Source: Callorhinchus milii (lineage: Eukaryota). From it: a stretch of DNA of 64,000 bases. This document shows, piece after piece, positions 49,495 through 62,387 of this stretch. Location of the stretch: assembly GCF_018977255.1 (NCBI RefSeq), contig NW_024704743.1, positions 87,608,001 through 87,672,000 of the forward strand, read 5' to 3'. A program made the position numbers and the translations under genes. Below the pieces are notes generated by a model. That model saw only the letters and a list, made by a program, of their open reading frames with translations. It had not been told where the DNA came from and searched no databases. Positions within the stretch are counted from its first letter, which is position 1; every line of letters starts with the position of its first letter.

Positions 49495-52316
49495 TCAGCT
49501 GCCTCAGGTCTGCTGTAAATGCCTACCCCACGACTTAACCACCGTGGTTGATCTCATCTCCTGGTCCCCACTCGGCCTATCGCCTTACTCCTCTGGAACC
49601 TTCCCCTCCTTTGAGCACCTAACCCTTTATCACCTCCAACCTTTCCCTCAAAATCTTCCTTATCTATCACTCCCCCAAGTTCTCCCCACCTTCCTCCTCG
49701 GCATCTTCATCCTCCTCTCTTCCCCCTCCCTCTGCTCTGAACGCCTCCTCATCCTAGGCGACTTCAACCTCCACTTCACCACCTCCTGCTCTATCTCTGC
49801 TGACTTCTCCTCCCTTATCTTCTCCCTCAACCTCTCCCTCCAAATCCACTCCACCACCCATGTCTGCGGTCACCCCCTTGACCTGGTGACCTCACCGTCT
49901 CGGACTTCACCATCATCGATAAAGCAATCTTGGACCATCACTTCATCTCCCTTAACTCCTCAATCCCTCTCACCACCGCCTCACAACCCACCTCCATCTC
50001 ATACCAACCCTGGAAAATGTCTCCCTCTCTCTCCACTGTCTTGGAGTCATCTGAACTCCTCCCCCTCTGGGCTTCTTCGCGCAATGACTTATCCTCCTCG
50101 GTCATTCTTCTCCACAACTCCCTCTCCTCCACTTTCGATTCCCTTGCTCCCCTCACTTTCCGAACCATCTCCTAATCAAGAAACTCACTATGGTACACCA
50201 GCCACCTCCGCTCCCTTAAAGCACAAGCGCATGCCGCTGAATGCATCTGGCTTAAATCGAACTTAACGGTCCTTCGGCAGATCTGGCTGGACCTTATTAA
50301 ATCTTACCACTCCGCCTTCACCTCTGCTAAATTGTTGTTCTACTCCAAGATGCTCTTGGAGGCCAATAACAATCCCAGGCTCCTCTTCCCCATCACCAAC
50401 CGGCTCCAATATCAACTGTGAGGTGATGCTAGACTTCCTTGAATCCAAAGTCGAGGGGATCCGCTCAACTGCTTCTGCCATTCAGTCTGCTACTCCCTCC
50501 CCATCTCCCCCTCCCACCCTAGCCCCTACCCATCCCTCCCTCCACACCTTTGAACCTGTCTCCCACTGCTCTCTCATCACCACGATAACCCGCATGAAAC
50601 CGATCATGTGCTCCCTCGACCCCATCGCTACCCCTCTCCTTACTTCCCAGATCCACAACCTTGCCCCTCTTCTCACAGACATTATAAATCTCTCCCTGTC
50701 CACTGGTACTGTTCCCACCCCTTTAAAATTGACCGTCATCACTCTTGTCCTAAAAAAACCCTCCCTAGACACATTCCAGCTCTCGAACTACCACCCCTTT
50801 TCCAATCTCCCTTTCCTCTCCAAGGTCCTGCTTCCCAGCTTTGCTCCTTCCTCTCCCGCCACTCCCTTCACGAACCTCTCCAATCGGGTTTCTGTGTCGC
50901 CCACAGCACAGAAACAGCCCTGGTCAAAGTGACAAATGACATTCTGTCCATCTGCGACCAGGGCTCCCTCTGCCTCCTCGTCCTCCTTGACCTCTCTGCT
51001 GCCTTCGACACAGTTCACCACTCTATCCTCATCCACCACCTGTCCTCTCATCTCAACCTTCACGGTTCTTTCCTTGAATGGTTCAGATTGTGGAGTCCTG
51101 TAGCTCAGTGGTTAGAGCACTCGCTTTGCAAGTGAGAGACCCAAGTTCAATTCCAGGCAGGGCGAAACCTTGGGCAAGTTTCCTTACTCCACACGCCTAA
51201 TAATAATCCCTCCAAAAAATAAAACAATAATAAATTGGTCATTTTCAATCCATGACTGTTTGTGGGACATTGCTGTGTGCAATTGGCTGCCGTGTTCGCC
51301 CACAAATATACAGTCAATTCACTTTACAGTATATTCTGTGAAGCGCTTTGGGACGTCCTCCCGACGTGAAAAGCGCTATATCAAATGCAAGGATTATTAT
51401 TATTATTATTATTGTACATCTCACACGACCTCCACTTCATCACCAAAATGGTTTCTCCTCTAGCCCCCGCACCATCTCGTGTAGTGTTCCCCAGGCTCCA
51501 TGGATGGTGATGCTGTCAGCGCCTCCACACCTGAGGCGCTAACAGCATCACCATCCATGGATGATACTGCACCTTGCTAAGCCAGTCTGGAACCTTGGGA
51601 TCTTGTTTTACCCTCAACTATCCTTTCTACTCCACATCCGTGACATGAGCCGCTCTGCCTTTCCCCACCTCCACAACATCACCCGGCTCTGCCAGTGTCT
51701 CACACTGCAAGCCACTGAAACCCTCATACACGCATTCATAACAGCGAGGCTTGACTAAGCAAACTCCTTGCTTGTTGGCCTCCCCAACTCCTCCCCCCAT
51801 AGACTGCAGATCATCCAGACCTCTGCAGCCCGTGTCCGCTCCCACACCAGGCTTCGTGACCCTATCACCCCCATCCTCACCCGACTCCACTGGCTTCCCA
51901 TCACACAGAGGATACAATTCAAGATCCTGGTTCTCACCTTCAAAGCCCTCCATGGCTTTGCTCCACCCTACCTCTGCAACCTACTAACCCCTACCATCCT
52001 GCCTGCTCCCTCTGCTCAGCGGGCTCTGGCCTGCTTCACGTACCCCACCTCACCCGCCCCACCATTGGCCACTCTTCCCCCACCATCTGGAACTCCATCC
52101 CGCAGTCCCTCCCCTCGCCCCTCCCTTGCCTCCTTCAAGACCCATCTCAAGACCCTCCTCTTCGTCTGTGCTTTCGATCACCCTGTTTCCCCCCCTGCCC
52201 TCCACCCTCCCCAATCCTGACCCTCAGCTAGGGCCCAAAACACTAACAGTCCTGCACCCTGGGACATCCTCCCATTGTGAAAGGCGCTATACAAATGTAA
52301 TTTTGTTGTGTTGTTG
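49495..52316 (+). mobile_element. Longest L2 LINE (subfamily A-type tail): decayed ORF2 with APE endonuclease and RT remnants
   Basis: ILGDFNLH, THVCGHPLDLV and DHHFI (EN); LSNYHPFSNLPFLSKV, QSGF..HSTETALVKVTNDIL, LLDLSAAFDTVHHSIL (RT); many stops and frameshifts, YADD region deleted; (TTG)n tail. Confidence 0.95.
51092..51410 (+). mobile_element. Young SINE, short form, nested in the L2 RT region, TSD ATTGT
   Basis: ATTGT at 51087..51091 and 51411..51415. Confidence 0.95.
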
Positions 52317-53459
52317 AAAATATTTCAATAGCAACCATACAAAGTTTAATACTGAGGCAAAAGTAATGGAATCTCTTTTGATCCCAATTTGACCTTGTCC
52401 AGCAATATATATTTTCCACGTTTGACTGGAGCAACAGAGCACATGTAAATCATTGTGTCACTAACTGCAAAGATCTTCACTGTTTCCATGTGAGTGTTCG
52501 TTCATTGTTTGTCAATGAACTGATCAGACACTCTCCGGCAGTTTGCCAGCCCTGCCACTTCAATGGTTTGTCTCAATCTGTAACAGACAAAACAATAAAG
52601 GTCTGGACAAGAATGATAAATGCCTTTGCCTTTGACTCACTGGCGACTTGAATTTTCACTGCCCATTTTTCTTTTTCAAAGAACACTAATCCAGCGACTG
52701 ATGAGATGAAGACAGCAATGCTGAAACAGGAGCCCATTTTCACTTTAATGTATTTTCCTTTGACTGAATCCCTACCAGTGCATGATCACTGCGATAATTA
52801 CCTCTGATGGAACGTAACAGATCAACATCACTTGTGACATTCACTTTTAGCAATATGATTCTTGTTGCTGCCACTGAATTGAGCCAAATACCCGACTGTC
52901 ATCACAGTCGGCTCTCCCTAATGACATTGTTATTAGAGATGAGATCTAGGTCCTATCCAGGAGTTTACAATATTTCCACTGTGCATTTTATCAAACATTC
53001 CCCCACTGTCACAGAAATCTTCCTAGCTGGCAGGTTTACAGTAGACCATCATTAATCTTAACTATGCTGCAGGAACAAGGCGACAGATGATTTATTGTGC
53101 TTGCCTGTTCTGCAAGGCCCAGGTGAATAGCACTCAGCTGTACTTACTGCATAGGGTTACACTGCTATCGTTGACCCATCCTACAGTGTAACCGTCTCTG
53201 TTTATTTTGTTGGATTTTTCAGGCGTTAATTTACATACTTTACGATCATTTACCAACACTGCTATATGTTACTATCTAAAAGTCACTGATGAGGTAAATT
53301 GTCTTTCCCTTTCACCAGTGCAAGGGGGTTTGTATGGATGGGATCTTAGCGGGATTTTTGACATGTGCTGCTTCCTTTTTAAACTTTTCTTTTTTAAGTT
53401 TTGAATAGTTTTTTCTTGTGCCACCTATCTTCAGTTCTTAGCATATGCCAAATACTAGA

Positions 53460-54436
53460 GATGATAGTAGAGATCATCCACAGACATGTGGTAAATTTCC
53501 ACATGTATGCTAATGACACCCAACCCTATCTGCCTGTCCGACATCAAGTCCTGGATGAGGGACAACTTTCTCCAACTCAATGTCAGCAAGACCGAGGCCC
53601 TCCTGATTGGCTCGTACTAGCGCCTCCGCACCTTGGGCGCTGGCTGCATCAGCCTCCACGGCTGCACACTCAACCTCACTAAGCCAGTCAGGAACCTGGG
53701 TATGTTGTTTGACCCTGAACTGTCCTTTCTCCCCCACATCTGCGCCATGACCGGCACTGACTACCACCACCTCCACAACATTGCCAGACTCCATCACTGT
53801 CTCACCCCTCAGGCTGCCGAAACCCTCACCCACACATTCGTCACATCAAGGCTCGATTACAGAAACTCCCTCCTCATCAGCCTTTCCAACTCTTCCACTT
53901 CACAAGCTGCAGATAATCCAAAACTCTGCAGTTTGTATACTCTCACGCACCAGGCTCCGTGACCCCATCACTCCCACTCTCGCCTGACTCCACTGGCTCC
54001 CCATCCCCCAGAGGATAGAATTGAAGATCCTCGTCCTCACTTTCAAGACCATCCATAGTCTTGCCCCCTCCTACCTCTCTGACCTGCTGACTCCCTACCA
54101 ACCTGCCCGCTCCCTCCATTCAGTGGGCTCCAGCCTGCTCTCCCGCCGACCCACCCTACCATCGGTGACCGGGCTTTAAGCCTCTCTGCCCCCACACTCT
54201 GGAACTCCATCCCACAGTCCCTTTGCCTCGCTTCCTCCCTTGCCTCCTTCAAGGCTGGTCTCAAGACCCTCCTTTTCGACCGTGCTTTTGGTCGCCCTCC
54301 CACCTCTCTGCCTTCCCTCACCCCTACCTCACCCCTCTCCTATGCTCGGGTCCTGACCCTGACTTTCCAGCACTTTGGGATGTCCTCCGGACGTGAAAGG
54401 CGCTTTACAAATGTAATTTTGTTGTTCTTGTTGTTG
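53460..54436 (+). mobile_element. L2 (subfamily A) 3' fragment
   Basis: FHMYANDTQ, VRNLGMLFDPELSF, TSRLDY; stem-loop and (TTG)n. Confidence 0.95.
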
Positions 54437-54760
54437 GTTGCTTGACATAGATATGGACAGGGAAGCAAATGACATTGCAGATGGCTATTGTAAACCATGC
54501 AGTACAATACCATTTTAGCCTGGTATGATGCTGAAGGTTATTTGCAATGTTTATCCAACATGGTATAGAATCATTCACTGACCTTCATTTGTGAGGGTAT
54601 TGGTCACGGCTTAAAGCAGCTGTACCTCCCTTTCAAACATTGCGGGTAGAGGTGAGCTAATAAATTCTAAATCACCAGTGATCTATGTGTACTTGGTCTG
54701 ACTAATAGGGCTATCGTTAAATAAATTGCTATAACAGGGTTCAAGGAAGGTAATGTTTAA

Positions 54761-54892
54761 AGGACTAGGTGGCGCAATGAGTTATCACCTCTGGTGTCTT
54801 ACTCTGAATCCAGTGCAGATTAACAGGATGAAAGTCTTATTTGTTTTCAGCTATACCTGAAATACGTTTGGACATTCTCAATCCGTGGACTG
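54761..54892 (+). mobile_element. LF-SINE-like relic
   Basis: GGACTAGGTGGCGCAATGAG..TCACCTCTGG..TGAATCCAG..GAAAGTC..TGAAAT..TCTCAATCC..GTGGAC follows the motif order I recall for LF-SINE; not searched. Confidence 0.5.
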
Positions 54893-56604
54893 AACCTCTG
54901 CTGAGTTACATATACTATCTTTTGCAATGCACAATTATAATCCCACGACACTACAGCATTTGAAATGTGAAGTTCTGGGTGCTTGGCCAATATTCCTCTG
55001 GATTAATTGGTTCTGGTTCTTTATTGGATCTTGCTGAGAGCACAATGCCTGCCTAAAAAAATCACTGCACTTGACAGTAAGTCAAGATGTTTCAGTGTCA
55101 TATGAATCAAAAAGAAAGAAAGCCATTTAAAATTGTTTCATTGCTGATATAGCAGATACTCAAGAAACTCATACCACATCTCAGGGTTAGGATTTCCCAG
55201 ATTCAATCTGTATACATTTCCCTACAAAAATCATTCACCTAAAATACATAGTCTTTTTACACTTTACAGTATATCCTGCAAAGATCTTTGGGACTTTCTC
55301 CCGATATGAAAGATCCTATATCAAATGTAAGGATGATTAGTATTTTCCTTCCACAGCTTGTGAACCAGAATTCCAAGTTAGTTATAGAGGCCAGTCAATA
55401 TACAATAATAGAAGATCATTATTGAGACTTGACTCTGTGCAAAAGTTGCAGGGAAGCAGAATACAGCAGAAAGGCAGTGCAGCTATAAAAACAAGATAAC
55501 CTTTATTTAATCCTGCTTTTGCTGCCCAGTTACTGATTCTTATCAGTTGGTCCTGTTATATTCACTGATGATTTCAGATTGTTTTCTTTACTGTGGAAGA
55601 GAAAATGTTGGAATAGACTTACTTTCCTGTTGATGTGAAAGACTCTTTTTTTGTGGTAATCAAACACTGAGCTAAACCCTTAACTTATTACAAAATAATG
55701 ATCTGGAAATAATCAGATCCAAATTATGGGATGAAAATTGGGATGTTTCATAACAGAGTCCATGGCATATCACATTGCACCCCTATTTAGGATAGTTTGT
55801 ACAGTTAAAGGTTGTCAGAAGGGTGACCTTGTAATTATCAGGGAATCTTTTATCCAAGTTTTCACATTCAAAAGTTGACTCTCCTTGTAAATGGAGCTGG
55901 TTTACTCCACAGCAAAGAAATGACTAAACTTTAAGGATTTGTCCTGCATCCACATTTATAACTCTTCACAGTAAACATCCTGTGAAGTGCTTTGGCATGT
56001 TTCGACAGCATGATAAGGAGATATATCAAATAATAATAATAAAAAATAATAATAATGGATAAAGTACAGTATTATTATTTTTGTTATTATTTCTTCACCC
56101 CAGAACCCTCTATTTAGCTCAAAGTTATTTCATTAAATAGAACCTTCCCAGTGTTGATATGGTGAGGTGGGTTAAGATCACCTTGGCCAAAAAGATTACC
56201 CTTTAGTGAGCAGCCTGATGGACGGGTGGCGGGGGGGGATCTAGCCTGGAGAGAGGCACTTCAACTGATAGTAGTTATGGTATTTTCCTTGAATAGCATA
56301 AGGGACACTTTAAAACTAATTGATACACCCCCATTAATAACAAAACATGGTTTTAGGAAAGCAAAAGTGCAACAATTCCACAGAGAACATGGAGTAAGTA
56401 AAGCAAAATATCTGTCAGCAGGAAAATTAGAGTTTTATTTCACTGCTCTGGAAAAAAACTGCTGAGGAAAGAAAAGAACTTTAGTGTTATTTTATATGGT
56501 GGATGCTTGAAAGTGAGTTACGTTGGTGCTGGCCAATCCATCATCTGCATTGATGGAGAAAAAAGATTCATTAATTGTTTAAGTTTTCTTCAAGGTTTAA
56601 CATT

Positions 56605-57020
56605 TTGAAAGAGCGCTGCATTGCCAGAGATAATAATAATAATAATCCTTGCATTTGATGTAGCGCTTTTCACATCTTCTCGACGTCTCAAAGCTCTTCA
56701 CAGAATAGACTGTAAAGTGAATTGACCGTGATGTTGTCCTTCAGATGAGTTGTTAAACCAAGGTATGACCTGCCTGTTCAGGTTGATGTTAAAGTTCCCA
56801 TGGCACTATTCCAAAAGAAAAGAGAGTTTCTCCCGGGTGTCCTGGACTACAATCCTGTAGATAAATTTGGTCTTCATGGCTGTTTGTAGGACACTGCTAT
56901 GTGAAAATTGGCTGCCGAATTCGCCTACAAATGCCGTCATCACATTAAAAATGATGTGAAGCGCTTTGATGTATTTTGACAATGTGATATGGTGCTATAT
57001 CAAATGCAAGGATCATTGTT
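56605..57020 (+). mobile_element. Old Deu SINE with a truncated young SINE tail (-, ~56631..56729) inserted
   Basis: Deu motif GCATTGCCAGAGAT|GTTGTCCTTCAGATGAG is split by the insert, with GAT duplicated. Confidence 0.85.
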
Positions 57021-57394
57021 ACAGCAACAACTTATATTTTTATTCTTTTTATTGCTTTTTATTTATTGTAAATGTTGCAACTGACATATATGACGACCTT
57101 CATAAATTTAATATGAATAATTTGAATGAAAGGAGTGAAGAAGTCAAATGCTGGAAAAGACTGTTTATGTTAACCATTGAAATAGGAAATGTTTCTAATA
57201 GTTTCTCTCAGTACATAATGAAAGGAATCCATGGGAGCGGGAGGGTTCATTTATCCTGTGAGATAAAGTGCTTGATACTGGTGAATATGGTGGGATGCTT
57301 AAAGTGTGAGTTCTGAGTATCTTACTTTATACTGCTCACTTTACGTATTAGTTGGTGCTGTCCTGTGGTTACTTTGACATGGGATGTGCAAACT

Positions 57395-57672
57395 GTAGCC
57401 TGGCATTAGACAGTTTACTGATTGCTACAGCAAGCTGTGTTGTTTTTAGCTGGTTAACTCCAGCATGCACACTCTGGAGTCCCCAATCCTTGGCTCTTGC
57501 CAACCTTCGCTTAAACTCTGTGGGATTATGTTAGCAGTGTATGTCCCTCCAGAGAATAAGTGTTCACTCCATACTAGACAAACAGAAGCCATACTGTGGA
57601 AACCATAGAATTCACAGTAGTGTAGTTTGGAGACTCAGTCATGGTGATGGGTTTTCATGTGTGTGTTGACCA
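57395..57672 (+). repeat. Unclassified interspersed repeat, copy 5 of 5
   Basis: GCAAGCTGTGTTGTTTTTAGCTGG..CACACTCTGGAGTCCCCAATCCTTGGCTCTTGCCAACC..AGACAAACAGAAGCC. Confidence 0.85.
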
Positions 57673-57719
57673 ATAAATAATTCCCACAGTTTCACTTTTA
57701 ATTTTGCAAAGGTCAATAT

Positions 57720-58050
57720 TAACAATCCTTGCATTTAATATAGTACTTTTTCACATCCGTGATATACCTCAAAAGACTTCACAGAATGTAATATAAAATA
57801 GTATGATTATGCATATTTTGTGGGATGGGCAAACACAGCAGCCAATTTGAGCATAGCAATTGCTCACAAAGAGCCATGGAGCAAGTGACCAATTTTATTT
57901 TGGGGATTGATGGTTAAGATGCCAGGAGAAACTCCCCTTTCTTTTCAAACCTCCAACATTGCATTATGACTGAGTTCAAAGTCCAGACATGGGGCTTGAA
58001 CCCACAATGTTCAGAGGTAAGAGTGATATTGACTGAGCTAGGCTGATCCT
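57720..58050 (-). mobile_element. Old Deu SINE, internally deleted
   Basis: Tail, Deu 3' block and head GGGGCTTGAACCCACA..CAGAGG..ACTGAGC. Confidence 0.75.
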
Positions 58051-58764
58051 TGAGAGTGACTGGCACGTATAAATGACAATAGATGATAAAAAAGGACAAA
58101 AATGATTGTGGGAAAGGAAGGGAAATAACAGAATTGGGGGAGGGAACAAAGAATAGCTTCAGTTCCCTCTCTACATCAGGGGAACTGATGAAATGATTAA
58201 TGTATGAAAATACGGATGAGAAAAGCTTTGAATAGTAATTGCATTTTTATACAACTACATGACTTCCCAACAGTAAATATCTGATTATTCTGGATGGCAA
58301 TTGCCTAGAAAATACATAGTCACTACAATTCATAACAATTCCTGTAAAGCATTTTATGAAGTACTCCTGATGCTAAAGGTACTATATCAAGGACTATAAT
58401 TCTCTTAAATGAGAATATCTTTACATGCAGCTACAATGCACACATTGTATTTGTTGATTCATAATGTTGAAGACCTGCTTTATCTAGGTCAGTTAATGGT
58501 AAGATCTATCACCTTTTACAGATTTTAAGATAATTGCCAAATTGTTGGCTACAAAAACTAAAATCTATTCTTGTAACACTGATTCAGATGGATCAAACTG
58601 GTTTAGGACTGCCTATGGATGACCTTTATTGTCATTTCAGTAATTGTACTTTACATCCCCAGTATTACTGTTTTGATGATTGAAAAGCCCTTGTTATATG
58701 TAAGTTTATGCTTGCAGTACATCAGAAATCACCTTGGAGCCTGAGTTTCTAAAATACTCCAGTG

Positions 58765-59100
58765 TATTTTGCTGGGGGAGCACTGCATTGTAAGAGGTGC
58801 CATCTGGATGAAACCTTCGGCCCTTTCTGCTTGGTCAGGTGGATGTTAATACCGCATTGACACTATTCTAAAAGAGAAGGAAATTTCTTCTGGTGGCCAA
58901 GCCAACAATCTCCCAATAAAATTGGTCATTCACTTTATGGCTGTTTGTGGGACATTGCTGGGCACCAATTGGTTGCCACATTCACCAAAAATACACAGTC
59001 CACTTAATGGAAAACTCTGTGAAATGCTTTGAGATGTTTTAAATTTCCTATTTAAATATATGTATAATTAATTAATTATTATTGTTATTATTATTATTAC
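58765..59100 (+). mobile_element. Old Deu SINE
   Basis: GGGGAGCACTGCATTGT..CAGGTGGATGTTAA..GGCTGTTTGTGGGACATTGCTG. Confidence 0.82.
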
Positions 59101-59828
59101 ACAACCTCTATTATTGCTAACTCGCAGTCCTATTAAATCTAGCCTTCCAAAAGGCTAGGGAATATTTGTCCTTTCTCCTCTTATTTGTTGTGCTGACCAT
59201 TGAACTTCTGGTAGAAATGATCAGATTGAATTCCGACACTGTCAGCATTAATAAACTCTAGTCATGTACTTTCTAACATTGTGCATTTTGTATACATTAC
59301 TATTTTGTATTACAGTATATAATATTAAATGGAAAAAACTACCCTTCCCTGTTTACTTGGAAGATGCAAATTAAGGAAATAAATATAAGGAAGTATCAGT
59401 TGTAAGGACCTATATAAATAGCCTAAGTTGGTTTAGGTGGCAGCATATATTTGATACATTTTCTCCTTGCCTAGCCTGGAGGAAACAAAATCAATACAAT
59501 GCATTCCGCCACATTTTCCACCCTGGCCATGCAAAGTCAGCCACAGACAGAAAAAATACAGGATTCAGCTACTAGAATTGACAATTACTGCCTTAACTAT
59601 CATTTAACTTTAGCAAGTAATTTATCTTCTATTCCACACAAGCAATAAATAGACAGAAATGGCATTGTACAGAAAACATACAGCAGAAACCTAAATTTCT
59701 TTACATTGGCTCAGCTGCTTAAATAATAAGTCACAAAATGGCACAGGAGTTTGACAGGTGATATTTCTTAAAGGGACACCCATGGGAATTTTCTCTGGAT
59801 ATAATTCACGTCACAGTGGACTGCCTGT

Positions 59829-59843
59829 GGGTCAGCGTGACCT
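59829..59843. promoter_or_regulatory. Consensus estrogen response element (IR3)
   Basis: GGGTCA-GCG-TGACCT contains a perfect GGTCAnnnTGACC, in non-repeat sequence. Confidence 0.5.
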
Positions 59844-60349
59844 CTTCCTCTTACTGGAAGGAGACCCCATTTGCGCATAAAGGAAATCATGTATTTTAGA
59901 CCTCAAACTGTATTCCCAGGAACAGAATGCCTGCCAGCAACCCTGTTTGATTGTTTGGAGCAATATTGTCAAAACATATTCCAAAATAGCTCATATGCAT
60001 GAAAACTGTCAAAAGCATGTCAGTCAAAGTGCTTGATAAAAAGTATTCTCACTAAAAAGCTATGATCTGTGATGCTTTAAACTGACTTGTATAAGGGACA
60101 ATAACAATGGGGGTAACATTCACTGTCTTTCTGAATTATCACTCCAGTTAGTCATGTTTAATGTGACTCATTATTATTATTAATAACCAAACATTGCTAG
60201 ATTCAAAATAAATCTGCTATAATATAGTAAATGGCCACAAGGTAGCAGTATCACTCCCCCACCTCTTTCCCCACTTCCTCCCCCGCACCCCCTGACCCAA
60301 CTGGGAGCCCTGATTGTGAGCATTAAAACAAAACACATATCTATGCCCC

Positions 60350-60895
60350 CTCAACAGCAATCCTTTCAGTTAAATTCACCTGCCCTTTCCCTAAATCCCT
60401 GTAGCTAAATCTTTTTAAGATATTGATCTAGTTCTGTCTTAAAGGCTGATATGGATTCTGTCCCAACCATCGTTGCCGGCAGGGCACTCAATTATCCTAA
60501 CCTTCCTGGGTGGCAAAACATGTCTCCTAACCTCCACATTTGGTTGTTTACTAACTATCTTAAATTGATGACCCCTAGTTACTGACTCACCGACTAGTGG
60601 AAACAATTTCTCACTATTGACTCTATCAAACCCCTTATAATTTTGAAGTCCTCTATCAGGTCGCCCTCAATTTTCTTTGTTCCAGCAAAAAAAAGGTTCC
60701 AGTTCTTCCAGTCTCTGCTGATAGGCCAAACCACTCATCCCCAGTACTATCAGAGTAAATCTCCCCTGCACCTCCGCTATGGCCTTGAAGTGAAGATGTG
60801 TTGGGGTGACCAAAGCTGGATACAATATTCCAAATTGTGGTCGAACTAACGATTTATATAAGTTTAGCACGACCTCTTTGCTTTTATATTCTATT
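60350..60895 (-). mobile_element. CR1 LINE C-terminal fragment
   Basis: LNLYKSLVRPQ, VQGRFT, YQQRLEEL, GDLIEDFKII motifs; same family as 22328..22815. Confidence 0.88.
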
Positions 60896-61329
60896 TTTAT
60901 TGTTATCTTAGAGGTTGAGAATTCCCAAGTGTGGATTAGGAAGGCATGGAAACCTTAGAGATGCTATGAAATCCCTATGGAGAGTGAGTCCTTGACTGTA
61001 CAATTGGCTGGAGGAGGATAACATCTTGTCTGGAGGTATCATTCTTAGTATTGACACAGGTAAAAGGCTTACATTAGTCAGACCTTATAAGTATTGTTTC
61101 TTCAATACTACTGCAGTCCCAGAACACACAGGAGGATGAGCCTGGTCTCTTATATCAGTGGCTCAATGCATTGTCAGAGACTCAACCAGTCCCCTACTTC
61201 AAGCTGACGTGATGTTGCCAGACAGACTTTTAGAGTAATCCATAGGCCTTGAGTGGATAGCAGGGCATCATCCAGTTGCAATGTACATTGTTTTATTTGC
61301 AGTCTAACTTTCATAATATTGCAATTTTA

Positions 61330-61930
61330 AAGAAGGGAGTTTATCCCGGCTACAATTCCTCATATGGATATTGGCCGTTAACTTTTATTGCTGTTTGCAG
61401 GACATGGTTTAGTTTGCAATAAAATCCTGGGGAACTCGTTGAGATGTTTTGATGACATGACAAAGTGCTATATCAAATGCAATAATCCATTTACCCTATG
61501 GCTCTTATCATCCAACTATGTTCATAAATGTCTATTTTCAACTTTGATGTTGCACTTGACCCACTCTTCCACTTGCTGTCTCTGCTCCACAAACTCAGGT
61601 CTGCTGTACATCCCCTGCGCTCCAAGATTCAACCCCGGTTAATGGGTGCTATATAAATGCAAATTGTTGTTGTTGCACCCTGCTTTGGTAGCTGAGCTTA
61701 TGAGACCCGATGTCCTGCTCCCTGGAATTCCTTCCCAAAGCCCTGCCACTTTGATTCTTCCCTCACTGTCTTCAAATATTTCTAAGAGGCTACTTTGACC
61801 ATGCTTCAGTCACCTGCCTCCTAACATCCCCCTACCTCTGGATGTTACTCTGATCTCCACATCACCTCTGCAAAACACCTGAAAACATTAGGCTATGTGA
61901 AAGGTTCTATATAAATGCAAATTGTCATGG
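61330..61930 (+). mobile_element. Degraded Deu SINE and L2 3' fragments
   Basis: Tails GTGCTATATCAAATGC and GTGCTATATAAATGCAAATTGTTG; LCSTNSGLLYIP-like L2 piece. Confidence 0.6.
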
Positions 61931-62387
61931 AACTGATTTATATAATTGCTCATTGACACTTTAAATGATATGGCTCATTCAGGCCTGTTTGGTGGATATT
62001 TCATATCTCTTTTAAGTAATGTAGTGAATAGAATGTCATTTAAACTTCATAGTCCACATACACTTTGTAAAGTTTTCTCAGTTGGTAGGAATATAAATGA
62101 TGTTTTCATGACTTAGTTGTCCTTTGCCTCTTTTGCCTGCCTGTGACATTCTTCTGCTCACACTTGGTTGCACATGAGCTGAGCCCCAGGTCGCATGTGC
62201 AACCTGGGGTGTGGCTGCTGAAAAGGTTTTGAAATTATTTATCCCAAGTGGTTGCTTTTTTTCCGGTATATATAGTACATTATTGTTGCCTGTAGATTGG
62301 ATTGTATCATTTCACAATTAGGCGTATATTTGCCTTCATATGCATGGTCATTTGACAGCAATTAACTTATAATAATAATAATAATAA

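Noticed and set aside
49478..51135. Overlapping 169-262-aa ORFs as a host gene or active retroelement
   Set aside because: Frameshifted L2 ORF2 pieces with stops, a SINE insertion and no intact YADD motif.
52698..52727. CTGATGA...GAAAC hammerhead-like core
   Set aside because: The intervening sequence does not form a stem II closing the core, and I found no stems I or III.
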